A stretch of DNA of 64,000 nucleotides, taken from NCBI GenBank assembly GCA_003022365.1, contig PXOU01000007.1, positions 227 to 64,226 on the forward strand, written 5' to 3'. Position 1 is the first letter of the stretch. Each line of letters begins with the position of its first letter. Made by a program: the position numbers and the translations under genes. This DNA comes from Candidatus Saccharibacteria bacterium QS_5_54_17. Lineage in GTDB: Bacteria > Patescibacteriota > Saccharimonadia > QS-5-54-17. The notes below the pieces were generated by a model. It was not told the origin of the DNA. It saw only the letters and a list, made by a program, of their open reading frames with translations, and made no database searches. Of the stretch, positions 8,816 to 18,085 are shown piece by piece.

Positions 8816-10018
8816 ATGAAACAGATGGTTAAAGTCAAAAAACATCTCCAAAAACATTTCCGCCCGGGCTCCGGCACCGGTAAGTATCGATCGGCTGGGG
8901 TAATGCTGGGAACGGGCGTGTTGGTATTCGCCTCGGTGGTGACACTGCCCGGAGGTGGCCTGACGGCGGCCACCCAGAAGGAGCCCTCCCGAATCGCACT
9001 GGGGTCCTCACACATCGACGCCGAAACCGACATTACCCAGAACAAGAGCGGCAACGGATGTTTTGCCACCACCGCCATCACCATCCGTAACAGCGGAAAA
9101 TTAGCCGATGCCCTGGAGCGCTACGTCGAAAATCACCAACCCGACTCGCCGTTTGCCAACCTGGGAGAGGCTTTGGTCAGCGGAGCCAAGCAGGAGAACG
9201 TCAACCCCATGCTGTTGGTGGGCATCGCCCAAAAAGAAAGCATGCTGGGGACGGCCTGGGGGAGCAATTCGTCCGACAGCTATAACGCCTTCGGGCGCCG
9301 AGCCAAAGAATCCCAGCCCAGTATAGACGGATGGTACCGGTACGACTCCTGGGAGCAAAGTTTGGAGGGAGGAACCGACTTTGATGACATCCCCAATTAC
9401 CTCCGCCGGGTATTCATCGAAAACGGGGCAGTGTCAATCGAGGAATTCGTCAACCAGTACGCCCCTCCCGAGCAGAACGATACCCAGCTTTACCGTCATC
9501 AACTCCGGCAATCGATCGAGGAAATGATCGAACTGGCCGGCGACAGCATCCGCTGCGGCAGCGGCCAAAACTGGATCTGGCCAACCGGGGACGGGGGAGC
9601 CGTGCTCAGCTGCTTTGGTGAACGGGGCGCCCCGCAACCGATCGGCCCCAACAAGCATGCCGGGATCGACATTACCCCGGACGCCGACCCTTACGTATTA
9701 GCCGCCAATAGCGGCGAGGTGATCACCGCCCGCCACACCGGAGCAGCCGGGCTGATCGTCGAAATACAGCACAATGAAAACCTGATCACCCGGTATCATC
9801 ACAACAGCAGCTTGCTGGTGAACGTCGGGGAGACCGTATCGGCCGGGCAACGGATCGCCTACGTGGGCACCAGCGGCAACGCCACCCACCCGCATGTGCA
9901 TTTTGAGATCTCCCGCAACCAGAAAGCAGTCAATCCCGCCCGGGAAATGGATATACCCGGGGCAGTTTCCACCAGCGGCGCTAATTGCGGCGGCAACCAA
10001 GAAAAGGGGTCGTCATGA
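8816..10018 (+). CDS. Secreted or membrane-anchored bifunctional peptidoglycan hydrolase: an N-terminal lysozyme-like (glucosaminidase/SLT-like) domain plus a C-terminal M23 (LytM) endopeptidase. It is a VirB1/PrgK-like accessory.
   Basis: ATG 8816 follows AGGAG by 9 nt. A TM/signal region is present. The motif NPMLLVGIAQKESMLG (E in a lysozyme-like context) is shared with ORFs 32299-35304 and 53628-54344. The M23 motifs are HAGIDI...HHNSS...GNATHPHVHFE. Confidence 0.75.
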   Translation: MKQMVKVKKHLQKHFRPGSGTGKYRSAGVMLGTGVLVFASVVTLPGGGLTAATQKEPSRIALGSSHIDAETDITQNKSGNGCFATTAITIRNSGKLADALERYVENHQPDSPFANLGEALVSGAKQENVNPMLLVGIAQKESMLGTAWGSNSSDSYNAFGRRAKESQPSIDGWYRYDSWEQSLEGGTDFDDIPNYLRRVFIENGAVSIEEFVNQYAPPEQNDTQLYRHQLRQSIEEMIELAGDSIRCGSGQNWIWPTGDGGAVLSCFGERGAPQPIGPNKHAGIDITPDADPYVLAANSGEVITARHTGAAGLIVEIQHNENLITRYHHNSSLLVNVGETVSAGQRIAYVGTSGNATHPHVHFEISRNQKAVNPAREMDIPGAVSTSGANCGGNQEKGSS

Positions 10019-10959
10019 AGAACCGGATATTGGTCGGGGCGATTGCGGGAGGCTTGATACTGGCAACGGCCCTCGTCGTCGCGGTCCAGCTGAATTCCGG
10101 GTCGGAACCCTTTTTCCAGAAAGCCGCCCATGATCACGTCAAACACATGCGGTTCGTGGAACCCAATGTGCTCCAGTACGTCACCCGGGACAACGAGGTT
10201 AAGCGACTCGGAGCGGAAACCTTCCGGACCGAAACCCAAACCCAGGTGAAAGGGTTTCACGTCCGGCTCAGCCCCTCAGGCGAATACGTCAGCCACGCCA
10301 AGGACGGCAAAATACACATCACTACGGTATCCTCGGAGCGGACCAACCACCGGTTGCACGGTTCGCTGCATCGCTGGCAGGACGAGTCATCGCTTATGTA
10401 TATCAAAAACCAATCAAAGCCCTCCGTGTTCCTGGAAGAAGGACAGCTTACCCGGTACCATCTTGAGACTACCAACAAGGACTATGTCATGGACATAGCG
10501 GGCACCGTTATCCATCCGTTGAATTCGTATTCGGGACTGATACTCACCGCGGCCGGCCAGGAGGTAGCCGAGAACGCCCGTTTAACGCTCTACAGTGGCC
10601 GGAAAGAGGCGGAGGTGGCGGTCTCCGATCAACCCATCCAAAGCACGGCCAGCGCTCATGGACTGATGGCTTTCCAGACCCGCGGCGATCCCACCCTGAA
10701 ACTCATCAACCGGCACGGCCGGGTAAAACCGACCGCCATCCAACCGCGGGAAAGTTTGTACCGACCCGTGGATGGGGATACCATCGCCGCCGAGATAACC
10801 AGCGCCGATCAACGGAAAATCGAACTATACGACGTCTCCCAATCGGTGGTGGAAAGACAGCTGCCTCTGGGTGAAGTAGGCGAAGTCATCGACGTGGCGG
10901 CCACGGACAGCTACGTCGCCGTCGCCACCACCAACGGGATATACGTAGGAGCCTTATAG
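10015..10959 (+). CDS. N-terminally TM-anchored extracytoplasmic protein of unknown function (possible T4SS structural component).
   Basis: ATG 10015 follows AAAAGGGG. It has a single N-terminal TM helix, sits in the operon with the hydrolase genes, and its start overlaps the stop of the upstream gene. Confidence 0.5.
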   Translation: MKNRILVGAIAGGLILATALVVAVQLNSGSEPFFQKAAHDHVKHMRFVEPNVLQYVTRDNEVKRLGAETFRTETQTQVKGFHVRLSPSGEYVSHAKDGKIHITTVSSERTNHRLHGSLHRWQDESSLMYIKNQSKPSVFLEEGQLTRYHLETTNKDYVMDIAGTVIHPLNSYSGLILTAAGQEVAENARLTLYSGRKEAEVAVSDQPIQSTASAHGLMAFQTRGDPTLKLINRHGRVKPTAIQPRESLYRPVDGDTIAAEITSADQRKIELYDVSQSVVERQLPLGEVGEVIDVAATDSYVAVATTNGIYVGAL

Positions 10960-10960
10960 T

Positions 10961-11578
10961 ATGATGCGATCCAAAAAACTACTCATCATCGCCGCTGTTA
11001 TCATCTTTCTACTGGCTGCCGTCGCGGCGGTGTATTGGCTGGAATTCCGGAACCAGGAATTCCAGCTGGAGGATACTTCCCCCGGCCAGCAAGTCCGGAT
11101 AGACCGGCTGACTCCCACCATTTCTTTTGACTATAATCAACCCCTCTTTATCCCCGAGGATTTCCGGGTGGTGAGCGATCCGCTCATGGACGCGGAAATA
11201 TACACCCGCGGCGACACGCTGTATCTGGTACCCAACCACGCGCTCCTCCAGCGAGCGGAATACACCCTGACCATACCCCGGATCGAAAGCCAATCCGGCC
11301 AAAGCATAGGTGAACACACCCTTACCTTCCGCACGGACCGGCGACAGTCGTCCCGGCTTGGGTTTATCCGTGACCTGCCGGTGCATAATCCCGGCTACAG
11401 CATCACCTATCTGGAAGATCAGGATGCGTTCGTGGTCCGCATTACCCAAGTGCCGGTAGAAGAAAAGCGGCTACGGGCGCGTAACTATCTGGAGAAGAAC
11501 GGCATTAAACCCGGGCAAAACGACGTTAAATTCGAAATATTGCGCAGCGTGGAAGGGCGGGGCGCTTCAGCGGGATAA
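10961..11578 (+). CDS. Bitopic membrane protein (205 aa) with VirB8-like topology: short cytoplasmic N-terminus, one TM helix, about 170-aa periplasmic domain.
   Basis: Topology only. It is translationally coupled (ATG 2 nt after the upstream stop). There is no sequence-level family match I can assert. Confidence 0.4.
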   Translation: MMRSKKLLIIAAVIIFLLAAVAAVYWLEFRNQEFQLEDTSPGQQVRIDRLTPTISFDYNQPLFIPEDFRVVSDPLMDAEIYTRGDTLYLVPNHALLQRAEYTLTIPRIESQSGQSIGEHTLTFRTDRRQSSRLGFIRDLPVHNPGYSITYLEDQDAFVVRITQVPVEEKRLRARNYLEKNGIKPGQNDVKFEILRSVEGRGASAG

Positions 11579-11584
11579 TCGGCC

Positions 11585-11845
11585 GATGGGGGCAGTTGAC
11601 AGGAAGCAAGGAGCAAGTGGCAAGTGGAAAATGCAAATCCTCTTTGTCATTCCGAACTTGTTTCGGAATCGGCTCTGAAACAGATCCTGAAATAAATTCA
11701 GGATGACAATGGGGGAAGATCCTGAAACAAGCCTGCCTGCCGGCAGGCAGGTTCAGGATGACATTTTCACTACCCCTCTCTGTCATTCCGGCCCCCGAGC
11801 CGGAATCTATTAAACCGAGGTGTTCAATAAGTTCTGTCAAACTAA
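11585..11845. repeat. Composite repeat block R3: purine-rich arm gacaggaagcaaggagcaagtggcaagtgg; hairpin modules including gtcatcctgaacctgcctgccggcaggcaggttcaggatgaca and tgtcattccggcccccgagccggaat; ending with the ggtgttcaataagttctgtca module.
   Basis: Direct sequence comparison with R1, R2, R4-R12. ORF 11526-11840 is probably spurious. Confidence 0.8.
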
Positions 11846-11905
11846 GCCAGTGATTTATAAAAGGCCGTGGTTATTGTATAATCCAGGGGAAATCAAAAGG
11901 CGGGT

Positions 11906-14900
11906 ATGGCGGAAGCCCAGGATACAGACGACCAGGACCAAAACCAGGATTCGGCCGGCCAGGGCGATGTCGAACAAGACACCCGGGAAGGCGGGGAGCA
12001 AGCCAATCAAGACGGCGGAGCGAGCGAATCCACCGGTGAGGGCGGAGCAGGCGAATCCAGCGGCGGAAGCGGCGGTTTTTACTCGGCTGGCGGCGGCGTA
12101 GCCGAATCCGCCCTGAATAAGACCGCCGTCGGGCGCGGGCTGAAGCCCGTGCTCAAGCTCATCGGCCGTAACAAAGGCAAGAGCGGCATTGCCGGCGGCA
12201 TCGTGGGGGTAATTATAACCATGGTAGTGGTCGGTTTTCTGGGTTTGAAACAGTTCGAGCTGGTGCACATGATGAAAATTTTTCACAACTACGCTTTCGT
12301 GGCGTCCGAATATACCGAAGGCGGCCGGACTTCCCGGCTTCTTGCCCGCACCTTCCAACGCGGCCGTAATATGGAAACGAAAAGAGTTCGCCAGGACGGC
12401 AACCGGCGGAGGACCGGCAACCTGATCAGCGACTGGGTTAATGACAGCCGTTTGAATAAAATCGAGTCAAAAATTGAGAAGAAGGGATATACATTTGAAT
12501 ACAAGAGCGCAAACGGCCACCGGGTGGCTACGGGGATACGCCAAATAGATACCGGGGAGGTGATCGAACTGAAGAACTTCCGCCAAGCACGAGGAGAGAT
12601 CCGCACGCTCATCAAACAAGGGATCAAACCTTGGCGGGTGGGGAAGCGATTCCGGTTTCATCAGTTGATGTATTACCGCACCGGGTGGAATCGGAAATTC
12701 TTTACCGGACGCAAGCGGGCCGATGCCTCCCGGCGGTTGCGCGCCCGGGTACGCGGGGAGAAGTATAACCCGGAGGCGCGCCCCAGAGACAGTGACAGCG
12801 ACAGCAAGGTTTCCGAGGAAACCAGACAACAGGTGGAAGGTGAAGTAGAGGAACAACAGAACAAAGTCAACAATATCATCGAGGACGCTCGCCGGGGACG
12901 CTCGCCAAACCTGAAAGCTCGGGCTTCCGAGATCGGTTTAAGCGTCACCGGTTTGGCAATGATGAAGTGTCTCGCCGAGAGTATTGAAAAGCAAACCGAG
13001 GGCCAAGAGCGGGCCCGCCAGGAAGCACCCATGGTCCTGGCCCAGGAAGTATCCACCGCCGCTCATCAAGCCAAAGTCGGGGGGAATACGGTGAGCGGCG
13101 AAGAATACGGGCAGCTGATGGAAGTTTTTCACGATCCAGCAACAGAGGGTACGGAAGGGAAAAACATAGTTGCAGCTGCTGGCGGCACCGGTACTCCAGC
13201 AACAGAGGATACGGAAGGGAGACACCCAGGCGAAACTGCCGCCTATAAACGAGCGGCCGGTGTACAGCTTACCGGCAACGAACCGGATCTCGAGGACAAT
13301 TATTATGTCAAGGCGGGAGGGATAGGCGGTTTTTTTCGTAACGTCGCAAAAGAGGGGTTAGAACGCATTAATGCAGTAGGCAAATTAGGAAACAATATAT
13401 GTAGCTTTTTGGGTAATACGGGAGTCCAACTGACCGCGGACTCCATAGAGCTTATCGCCTCCTTGGGTGTGGGGAAAGCGGTTGCCATCGGGGGCGAGTG
13501 GGCGCTGGAGCAATTAAGAGCTTTTCAGTGGGCTGTGGGCAATTTTGTGGATTGGATAGTCGACAACATCAGCTGCATGGATTTCGGCTTCTCGGCGCAT
13601 CTGGCCACCAACTGCCTGGCCGCCGGCATGGTGATGAACAACACCGAACATGTCCGAAGCAACATGGGCGCGCCGCCGCTTTCGGGTGATAAATACGAGA
13701 AAGTCCGGGATAAAGCCCAGGACGCCCAACACGACTTTCTGGCCCGGAAGGGTTCGTTCCATAAGTACCTGTCTCCCGACAACCCCTACTCCCTTACCTC
13801 CAAGGTGGCCGTGGCCATGCCCAAAACCTTTCACGGGCTGGCTCGCCAAACGGCCAACATTCCTTCCGCCCTTCTGGATTCGCTGGGAAGCATCTTTTTC
13901 CAGTCCGTCGGCGCCCAGTGGAAGGAAGGGGACGATTATAAAACCTACGGGTTGGAACACTTCGGGTTCACCGACGCAGAAGTGCAGAACGTCGACCCCG
14001 TTGCCAACGAAAAGCACGTTCTGGATCATCTGAACTATTACTGCTGGAAAAATTCCAACGGCAATGAGTGGCAAGTCTACGATGGGAAGGGTTATAGGGG
14101 TTGCGACAAAAGCAAGTTCACCACAGCTGTCAATATGCGGGAGTATCTGTGGTGCTCGCAACTCCCTTACAACGAACCCAGCAGCGGGGGCACAAAGGGT
14201 TGGAGCGACACCCATTGCCCGGATCGTTTCGTCCGAGACAGCTCGCAAAGTTGGTTATCCACAAACAATTTGATCGCCATTTCCATGTGGATGTTTGACC
14301 GGTATACCGTGGAAAACATGTCTCAACTGGTCTCGGATAACAAATTAGACGACACCATAACCTTTAACCTTCTTGAGGATATCGAAAGCTGCGCTCAACA
14401 AATAAAGGAAGATCCGGGTACTCCGGCCACGATGGGCTCGTTTGTTGCTAGAAAGGAAAATCCGCCCATCCCTTTGAGTTGTTATGAGAAAACGGACGAA
14501 CGGCCCTCAATTTTTTACTCCAAAGGCTATATGCAGGGTGAAGGTGGCAGTGCCTCGGCAGATGACGGCGGCTCGGGGAGTGATGGCGGCGACAACAACA
14601 CTGGCGGCGGCGGGAGCGGCGAGTCCCAACCCGTAGAGGGGGAGACGGAAGAACTGGCCAAGCGCATTCTGAATCGTCCCGATATTACTTTTAAGGGCGG
14701 CGAGGGCGGCAGAGTACGGAATTCCTTCGTGCAAGCCAGCCGCAGCGGCACCGCATCCAAGTACACCCGGGATGGTCGCCGGACGGAGGTAAGTTCCCAG
14801 TTGCTGGGGGTCATCCTGCGCATAGCCAACCAGTCTAACATACCCCGCATCCGGATCACCTCGCTTACCACCGGCGATCATACCTCCGGTAGTACGCACT

Positions 14901-15112
14901 ATAGCGGGCAGGGAGTAGATATCGGCAATCAGTTTGCCGATACTCTTATCCGGTTCGTTTACCGGAACCGCGGCAACTTCGGCATCCACGAGATTATATA
15001 CGCCTCGCCGCCACAGGGCACCAGTAATCTTAAGTCCGGGGAGTCCTTTTCCTACTCGCCGAAGACCAGGGAAAATCATAGTGATCACATACATATTTCC
15101 ACACTGCAATGA
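11906..15112 (+). CDS. Large (1068 aa) membrane-anchored protein with an acidic disordered N-terminus, one TM helix and a C-terminal LAS/M15-type zinc peptidase fold (VanY or L-Ala-D-Glu peptidase-like).
   Basis: The C-terminus RITSLTTGDHTSGSTHYSGQGVDIGN...HSDHIHIS fits the Peptidase_M15 S-x-H-x-x-G-x-A/G-x-D and HxH zinc motifs. A TM helix IAGGIVGVIITMVVVGFLGL is present. The gene is translationally coupled to the downstream gene. Confidence 0.65.
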   Translation: MAEAQDTDDQDQNQDSAGQGDVEQDTREGGEQANQDGGASESTGEGGAGESSGGSGGFYSAGGGVAESALNKTAVGRGLKPVLKLIGRNKGKSGIAGGIVGVIITMVVVGFLGLKQFELVHMMKIFHNYAFVASEYTEGGRTSRLLARTFQRGRNMETKRVRQDGNRRRTGNLISDWVNDSRLNKIESKIEKKGYTFEYKSANGHRVATGIRQIDTGEVIELKNFRQARGEIRTLIKQGIKPWRVGKRFRFHQLMYYRTGWNRKFFTGRKRADASRRLRARVRGEKYNPEARPRDSDSDSKVSEETRQQVEGEVEEQQNKVNNIIEDARRGRSPNLKARASEIGLSVTGLAMMKCLAESIEKQTEGQERARQEAPMVLAQEVSTAAHQAKVGGNTVSGEEYGQLMEVFHDPATEGTEGKNIVAAAGGTGTPATEDTEGRHPGETAAYKRAAGVQLTGNEPDLEDNYYVKAGGIGGFFRNVAKEGLERINAVGKLGNNICSFLGNTGVQLTADSIELIASLGVGKAVAIGGEWALEQLRAFQWAVGNFVDWIVDNISCMDFGFSAHLATNCLAAGMVMNNTEHVRSNMGAPPLSGDKYEKVRDKAQDAQHDFLARKGSFHKYLSPDNPYSLTSKVAVAMPKTFHGLARQTANIPSALLDSLGSIFFQSVGAQWKEGDDYKTYGLEHFGFTDAEVQNVDPVANEKHVLDHLNYYCWKNSNGNEWQVYDGKGYRGCDKSKFTTAVNMREYLWCSQLPYNEPSSGGTKGWSDTHCPDRFVRDSSQSWLSTNNLIAISMWMFDRYTVENMSQLVSDNKLDDTITFNLLEDIESCAQQIKEDPGTPATMGSFVARKENPPIPLSCYEKTDERPSIFYSKGYMQGEGGSASADDGGSGSDGGDNNTGGGGSGESQPVEGETEELAKRILNRPDITFKGGEGGRVRNSFVQASRSGTASKYTRDGRRTEVSSQLLGVILRIANQSNIPRIRITSLTTGDHTSGSTHYSGQGVDIGNQFADTLIRFVYRNRGNFGIHEIIYASPPQGTSNLKSGESFSYSPKTRENHSDHIHISTLQ

Positions 15113-16413
15113 AGTACACGCGACTCGCATTATTTAGTATGATTTTGGTTTTTACGCTGGCCTCCATAATTTCCGGAGTAGGAGCCTTGCCGGCGGAAGA
15201 CGAAAAAGCATACATTTACGACAGCGTTTATTACGATGGCGATGCCACCACCGACCGATGCAGCCAGGGCGGAGCGGAAAGTATAGAGGAGTTACCTTCT
15301 AAAATTCGGCAACCGTACCGGGATCTTTTCCCGGAAGCAGCATCTGAGCAAAATGCCGATTTGGCCTTGTTGACGTTCGTCTTCTTCTGGGAAAACCGCG
15401 ATTTCCCGCCGCCGGACTACGACTGGCCTACTTCCGATTTAGAAGGTGACGACGACCCACAGGGACCGTTCCAATTCCGACCTAGTACATGGGACGCCTA
15501 CGGGGTTGACGGCGACGGAGATGGCGACAAAGACCTACAGGACGTAACCGACGCGGCCTACGGAGCGGCTAATTTTCTGAACTCGCTGGGCGGTAGCCAG
15601 GGGAGCCCGGTGGGCAGCGCCGCCAACCCCTTTGAAGAGGGAACGTTGGCATACGCTATGGGGGCCTACAACCACGGCCCGGCCGCCATGGAAAGAAAGA
15701 AGGATCTCCCCGAAGACGAGCGTGAGCTCCCCAAGGAAACCCGGGATTATATCAAGCGCGGCGTAACTTTTATCCGGGATTTGCGGTCCGGTACGGTCAA
15801 TCTGTCTACTGACGTGGAAGCTGGAGGAGGTGAAACGGCGCAGGCAAACGTAAGCCTTTCTTCGAACGGATGCGGCGGTTTAGGGGTGGGAAGTGATCTG
15901 GTATTCCCCTTGAAAACCACCAAGGCTGCCATACGGGAAGGGACTACCTTGAACGGCACGACCCTGACTTGGTGCCATGACAACCAAACCAACTGCCACA
16001 GCCCTCCCGGCTCCGATGACTTATACAAAGCCGCCGATGTCTTCGTGGAACCCGGCACCGAAGTAGTCGCCGCCACCAGCGGGACCGTGATTAAAACCGA
16101 TCCGCCGGGGCCATCCTTGAGCGTCCGGATACACGGCGAAGATGGTAACTATTATCATTACCAACACCTGAAACCCCACTCTGAGCGCGTCAACGAGAAC
16201 GACCGCGTGGAAGCGGGTGACGTGATAGGGGTTATCGGCGGGCCGAAAGCCGCGTTTGGCACCGCACCGCATCTTCACTTTGATGTCGCCACCGAAAACG
16301 TCGGCATTAGCCGTGACTGTGTGTCAAGCGGGAACTGTGAATATGAAAAATCGGTCATGATTGACGCCCAGCCCGATTTAGTAGGAGCATATAAAGCGTT
16401 ACCACAGGATTAG
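15109..16413 (+). CDS. Secreted bifunctional peptidoglycan hydrolase: MltB/Slt-family lytic transglycosylase domain plus M23 (LytM) endopeptidase domain.
   Basis: It has a signal peptide. The MltB-like motif is GPFQFRPSTWDAYGVDGDGDGDKDLQDVTDAAYGAANFL. The M23 motifs are HDNQTNCHSPPGSDD...HYQHL...GTAPHLHFDV. The start overlaps the upstream stop (ATGA). Confidence 0.8.
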   Translation: MKYTRLALFSMILVFTLASIISGVGALPAEDEKAYIYDSVYYDGDATTDRCSQGGAESIEELPSKIRQPYRDLFPEAASEQNADLALLTFVFFWENRDFPPPDYDWPTSDLEGDDDPQGPFQFRPSTWDAYGVDGDGDGDKDLQDVTDAAYGAANFLNSLGGSQGSPVGSAANPFEEGTLAYAMGAYNHGPAAMERKKDLPEDERELPKETRDYIKRGVTFIRDLRSGTVNLSTDVEAGGGETAQANVSLSSNGCGGLGVGSDLVFPLKTTKAAIREGTTLNGTTLTWCHDNQTNCHSPPGSDDLYKAADVFVEPGTEVVAATSGTVIKTDPPGPSLSVRIHGEDGNYYHYQHLKPHSERVNENDRVEAGDVIGVIGGPKAAFGTAPHLHFDVATENVGISRDCVSSGNCEYEKSVMIDAQPDLVGAYKALPQD

Positions 16414-16416
16414 CCT

Positions 16417-17640
16417 ATGCGGATAAGTTTTACACAAATCACCATAATAGTTGTCGGGGCGCTGATAGTCATCGGGGCCATATGGCTGGTGGTTTCCTAC
16501 TTCACCACCGGAGTCCTGCGGGTGGAAACCGGGCAAAACGCCCGGGTTGAACGGTTCGAGATCGCCGAAAACAGCCAACAAGCCCGAAAGCTTGGCACGG
16601 GGCCGGTGGTTAGCCAACGATTGGATCCGGGAACCTACACCGTAACGGCCGAAAACGCGGAGGGGGAAACGCGGACCGATACTACGGTGCAAAAACGGCA
16701 GACCACCGAGGTTCAGCTCAAGGTAGAAGAAGCAGGCAAGTTCCAAGAACTCACCCGTGGCAACGCCTATAACATAATCTCCCAGGCCGGCCGCCTGCGT
16801 TTTCTCGACCAAAACTTGAAACGGCTGTATCAGTTGGAAGCAGCCGGGCAGCGGCCCGAAAACGTCTTTCCCGGTTTATCCCCGGTATCGAGTATTACCT
16901 GGGCGGGTTATGACAGCGCGTTTGTCCAGCTGGAGAATAACGCCTATAAAGCGCTGGCCAGTGGCAACGTCAAACCGTTTCGATATCCACCGGATGCCCG
17001 CCCTAGTACCGATAACATCCCCAGCCTCGCCTCCCATGACATCAACGACCGCGGCCAAATGGCGGTTAATATCGAGGGTAGTTTGTATCGGTACCCGTCA
17101 GTGGATGCTGAGCCTGACAAATTACGCGATTTACCCAGCCAGAGCAGCCAAATCGCCCTCTCGGACACCGGAAGCATTTTTATATTCCACCCACCGGTAA
17201 CGGGCGAAAACAGTCAGTCCCAGCCCAGCAACCTGATTGTGGGAAGCCAAGCGTCTATGCCGGATGCGATGAAAAATACACACGTGTTGAATGCCGAGTG
17301 GAGTCCATCCGGTAACAAGTTACTCCTGGCCAAGAAAAACGGGCTCCACGTCTACGACAAAGCCGAGCAACAATTAAGCCGGGTTATGCAGTTTCTCCCC
17401 GATAATGCGGACAGTCTCCTGTGGCGGGATGAAAACCGGTTGCTTATGGTCGACGACGGTGCCGTCTGGCAGCTGCACATAGGTGAGCAGAAATGGCGGA
17501 AAATGGCGGACACGCCGGACCCGGTCCGGCACAACAACCCGCTCACCCTTGGCCAGGATGGACGGACCTTATATATGGGTACCACTTCGCAGGGACTGGA
17601 AAATGCCGGGTCTTTGTACCAACTTCGCCTGCCGCAATAG
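16417..17640 (+). CDS. TM-anchored extracytoplasmic protein with a PEGA/CarboxypepD_reg-like beta-sandwich followed by a probable beta-propeller (TolB-like) region.
   Basis: N-terminal TM helix. PGTYTVTAENAEGETRTDTTV is a typical PEGA-like strand pattern, and WSPSGNKLLLAKKNGLHVYD is a propeller-blade-like segment. 57735-59414 looks like a paralogue. Confidence 0.5.
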   Translation: MRISFTQITIIVVGALIVIGAIWLVVSYFTTGVLRVETGQNARVERFEIAENSQQARKLGTGPVVSQRLDPGTYTVTAENAEGETRTDTTVQKRQTTEVQLKVEEAGKFQELTRGNAYNIISQAGRLRFLDQNLKRLYQLEAAGQRPENVFPGLSPVSSITWAGYDSAFVQLENNAYKALASGNVKPFRYPPDARPSTDNIPSLASHDINDRGQMAVNIEGSLYRYPSVDAEPDKLRDLPSQSSQIALSDTGSIFIFHPPVTGENSQSQPSNLIVGSQASMPDAMKNTHVLNAEWSPSGNKLLLAKKNGLHVYDKAEQQLSRVMQFLPDNADSLLWRDENRLLMVDDGAVWQLHIGEQKWRKMADTPDPVRHNNPLTLGQDGRTLYMGTTSQGLENAGSLYQLRLPQ

Positions 17641-17644
17641 CGGC

Positions 17645-18075
17645 CGTATAGTCTCCCGGCAACGGGAATAAGGGAAGTAGATGGTAGACAGCAGACAGAA
17701 AACAGAGAGTGAGAAGCAACAGGCTCTGAACCTGTCATCCTGAACTTGTTTCAGGATCTATTTCAAAACCATCTCGGTTTAATGGATTCCGGATCGGAGT
17801 CCGGAATGACAAAGCGGGTAGCCTGGTAATAACGAATCTTCTATTGTCATCCTGAATTTATTTCAGGATCTGTTTCAGGCTTAGTTTCATAATCATATCG
17901 ACTTAATGGATTCCGACTCGGGGGCCGGAATGACACAGAGGTTTTGCATTTTTTCACTTGCTTCTTGCTTCTTACTGCTTGCTTCTTGTTCCCCTCATCC
18001 GCCTCGTCTCCCGGCTTATTGAACACCCTCACAGTAAACAGCAAGGAGGTGTTCAATAAGTTTCTGTCACATTAA
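17645..18075. repeat. Composite repeat block R4, the clearest MITE-like copy. The left arm is purine-rich (gggaagtagatggtagacagcagacagaaaacagagagtgagaagcaacagg). Two tandem sets of hairpin modules follow. The right arm is a pyrimidine-rich module (cacttgcttcttgcttcttactgcttgcttcttgttcc). It ends with the hairpin cttattgaacacc-N20-ggtgttcaataag.
   Basis: Direct reading of the sequence. The internal modules are duplicated within the element (17705-17815 versus 17840-17945). Confidence 0.8.
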
Positions 18076-18085
18076 GTGGCGGATG

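Noticed and set aside
1769-14248. Long antisense ORFs inside large genes (for example 1769-2443, 1133-1768, 7385-8293, 5593-6216, 13514-14248, 62702-63163, 61991-62557)
   Set aside because: They lie wholly within strongly supported sense-strand genes (VirB6-like, VirB4, the 1068-aa protein, sat-cysC). They have biased composition typical of antisense frames of GC-rich codons and no motifs.
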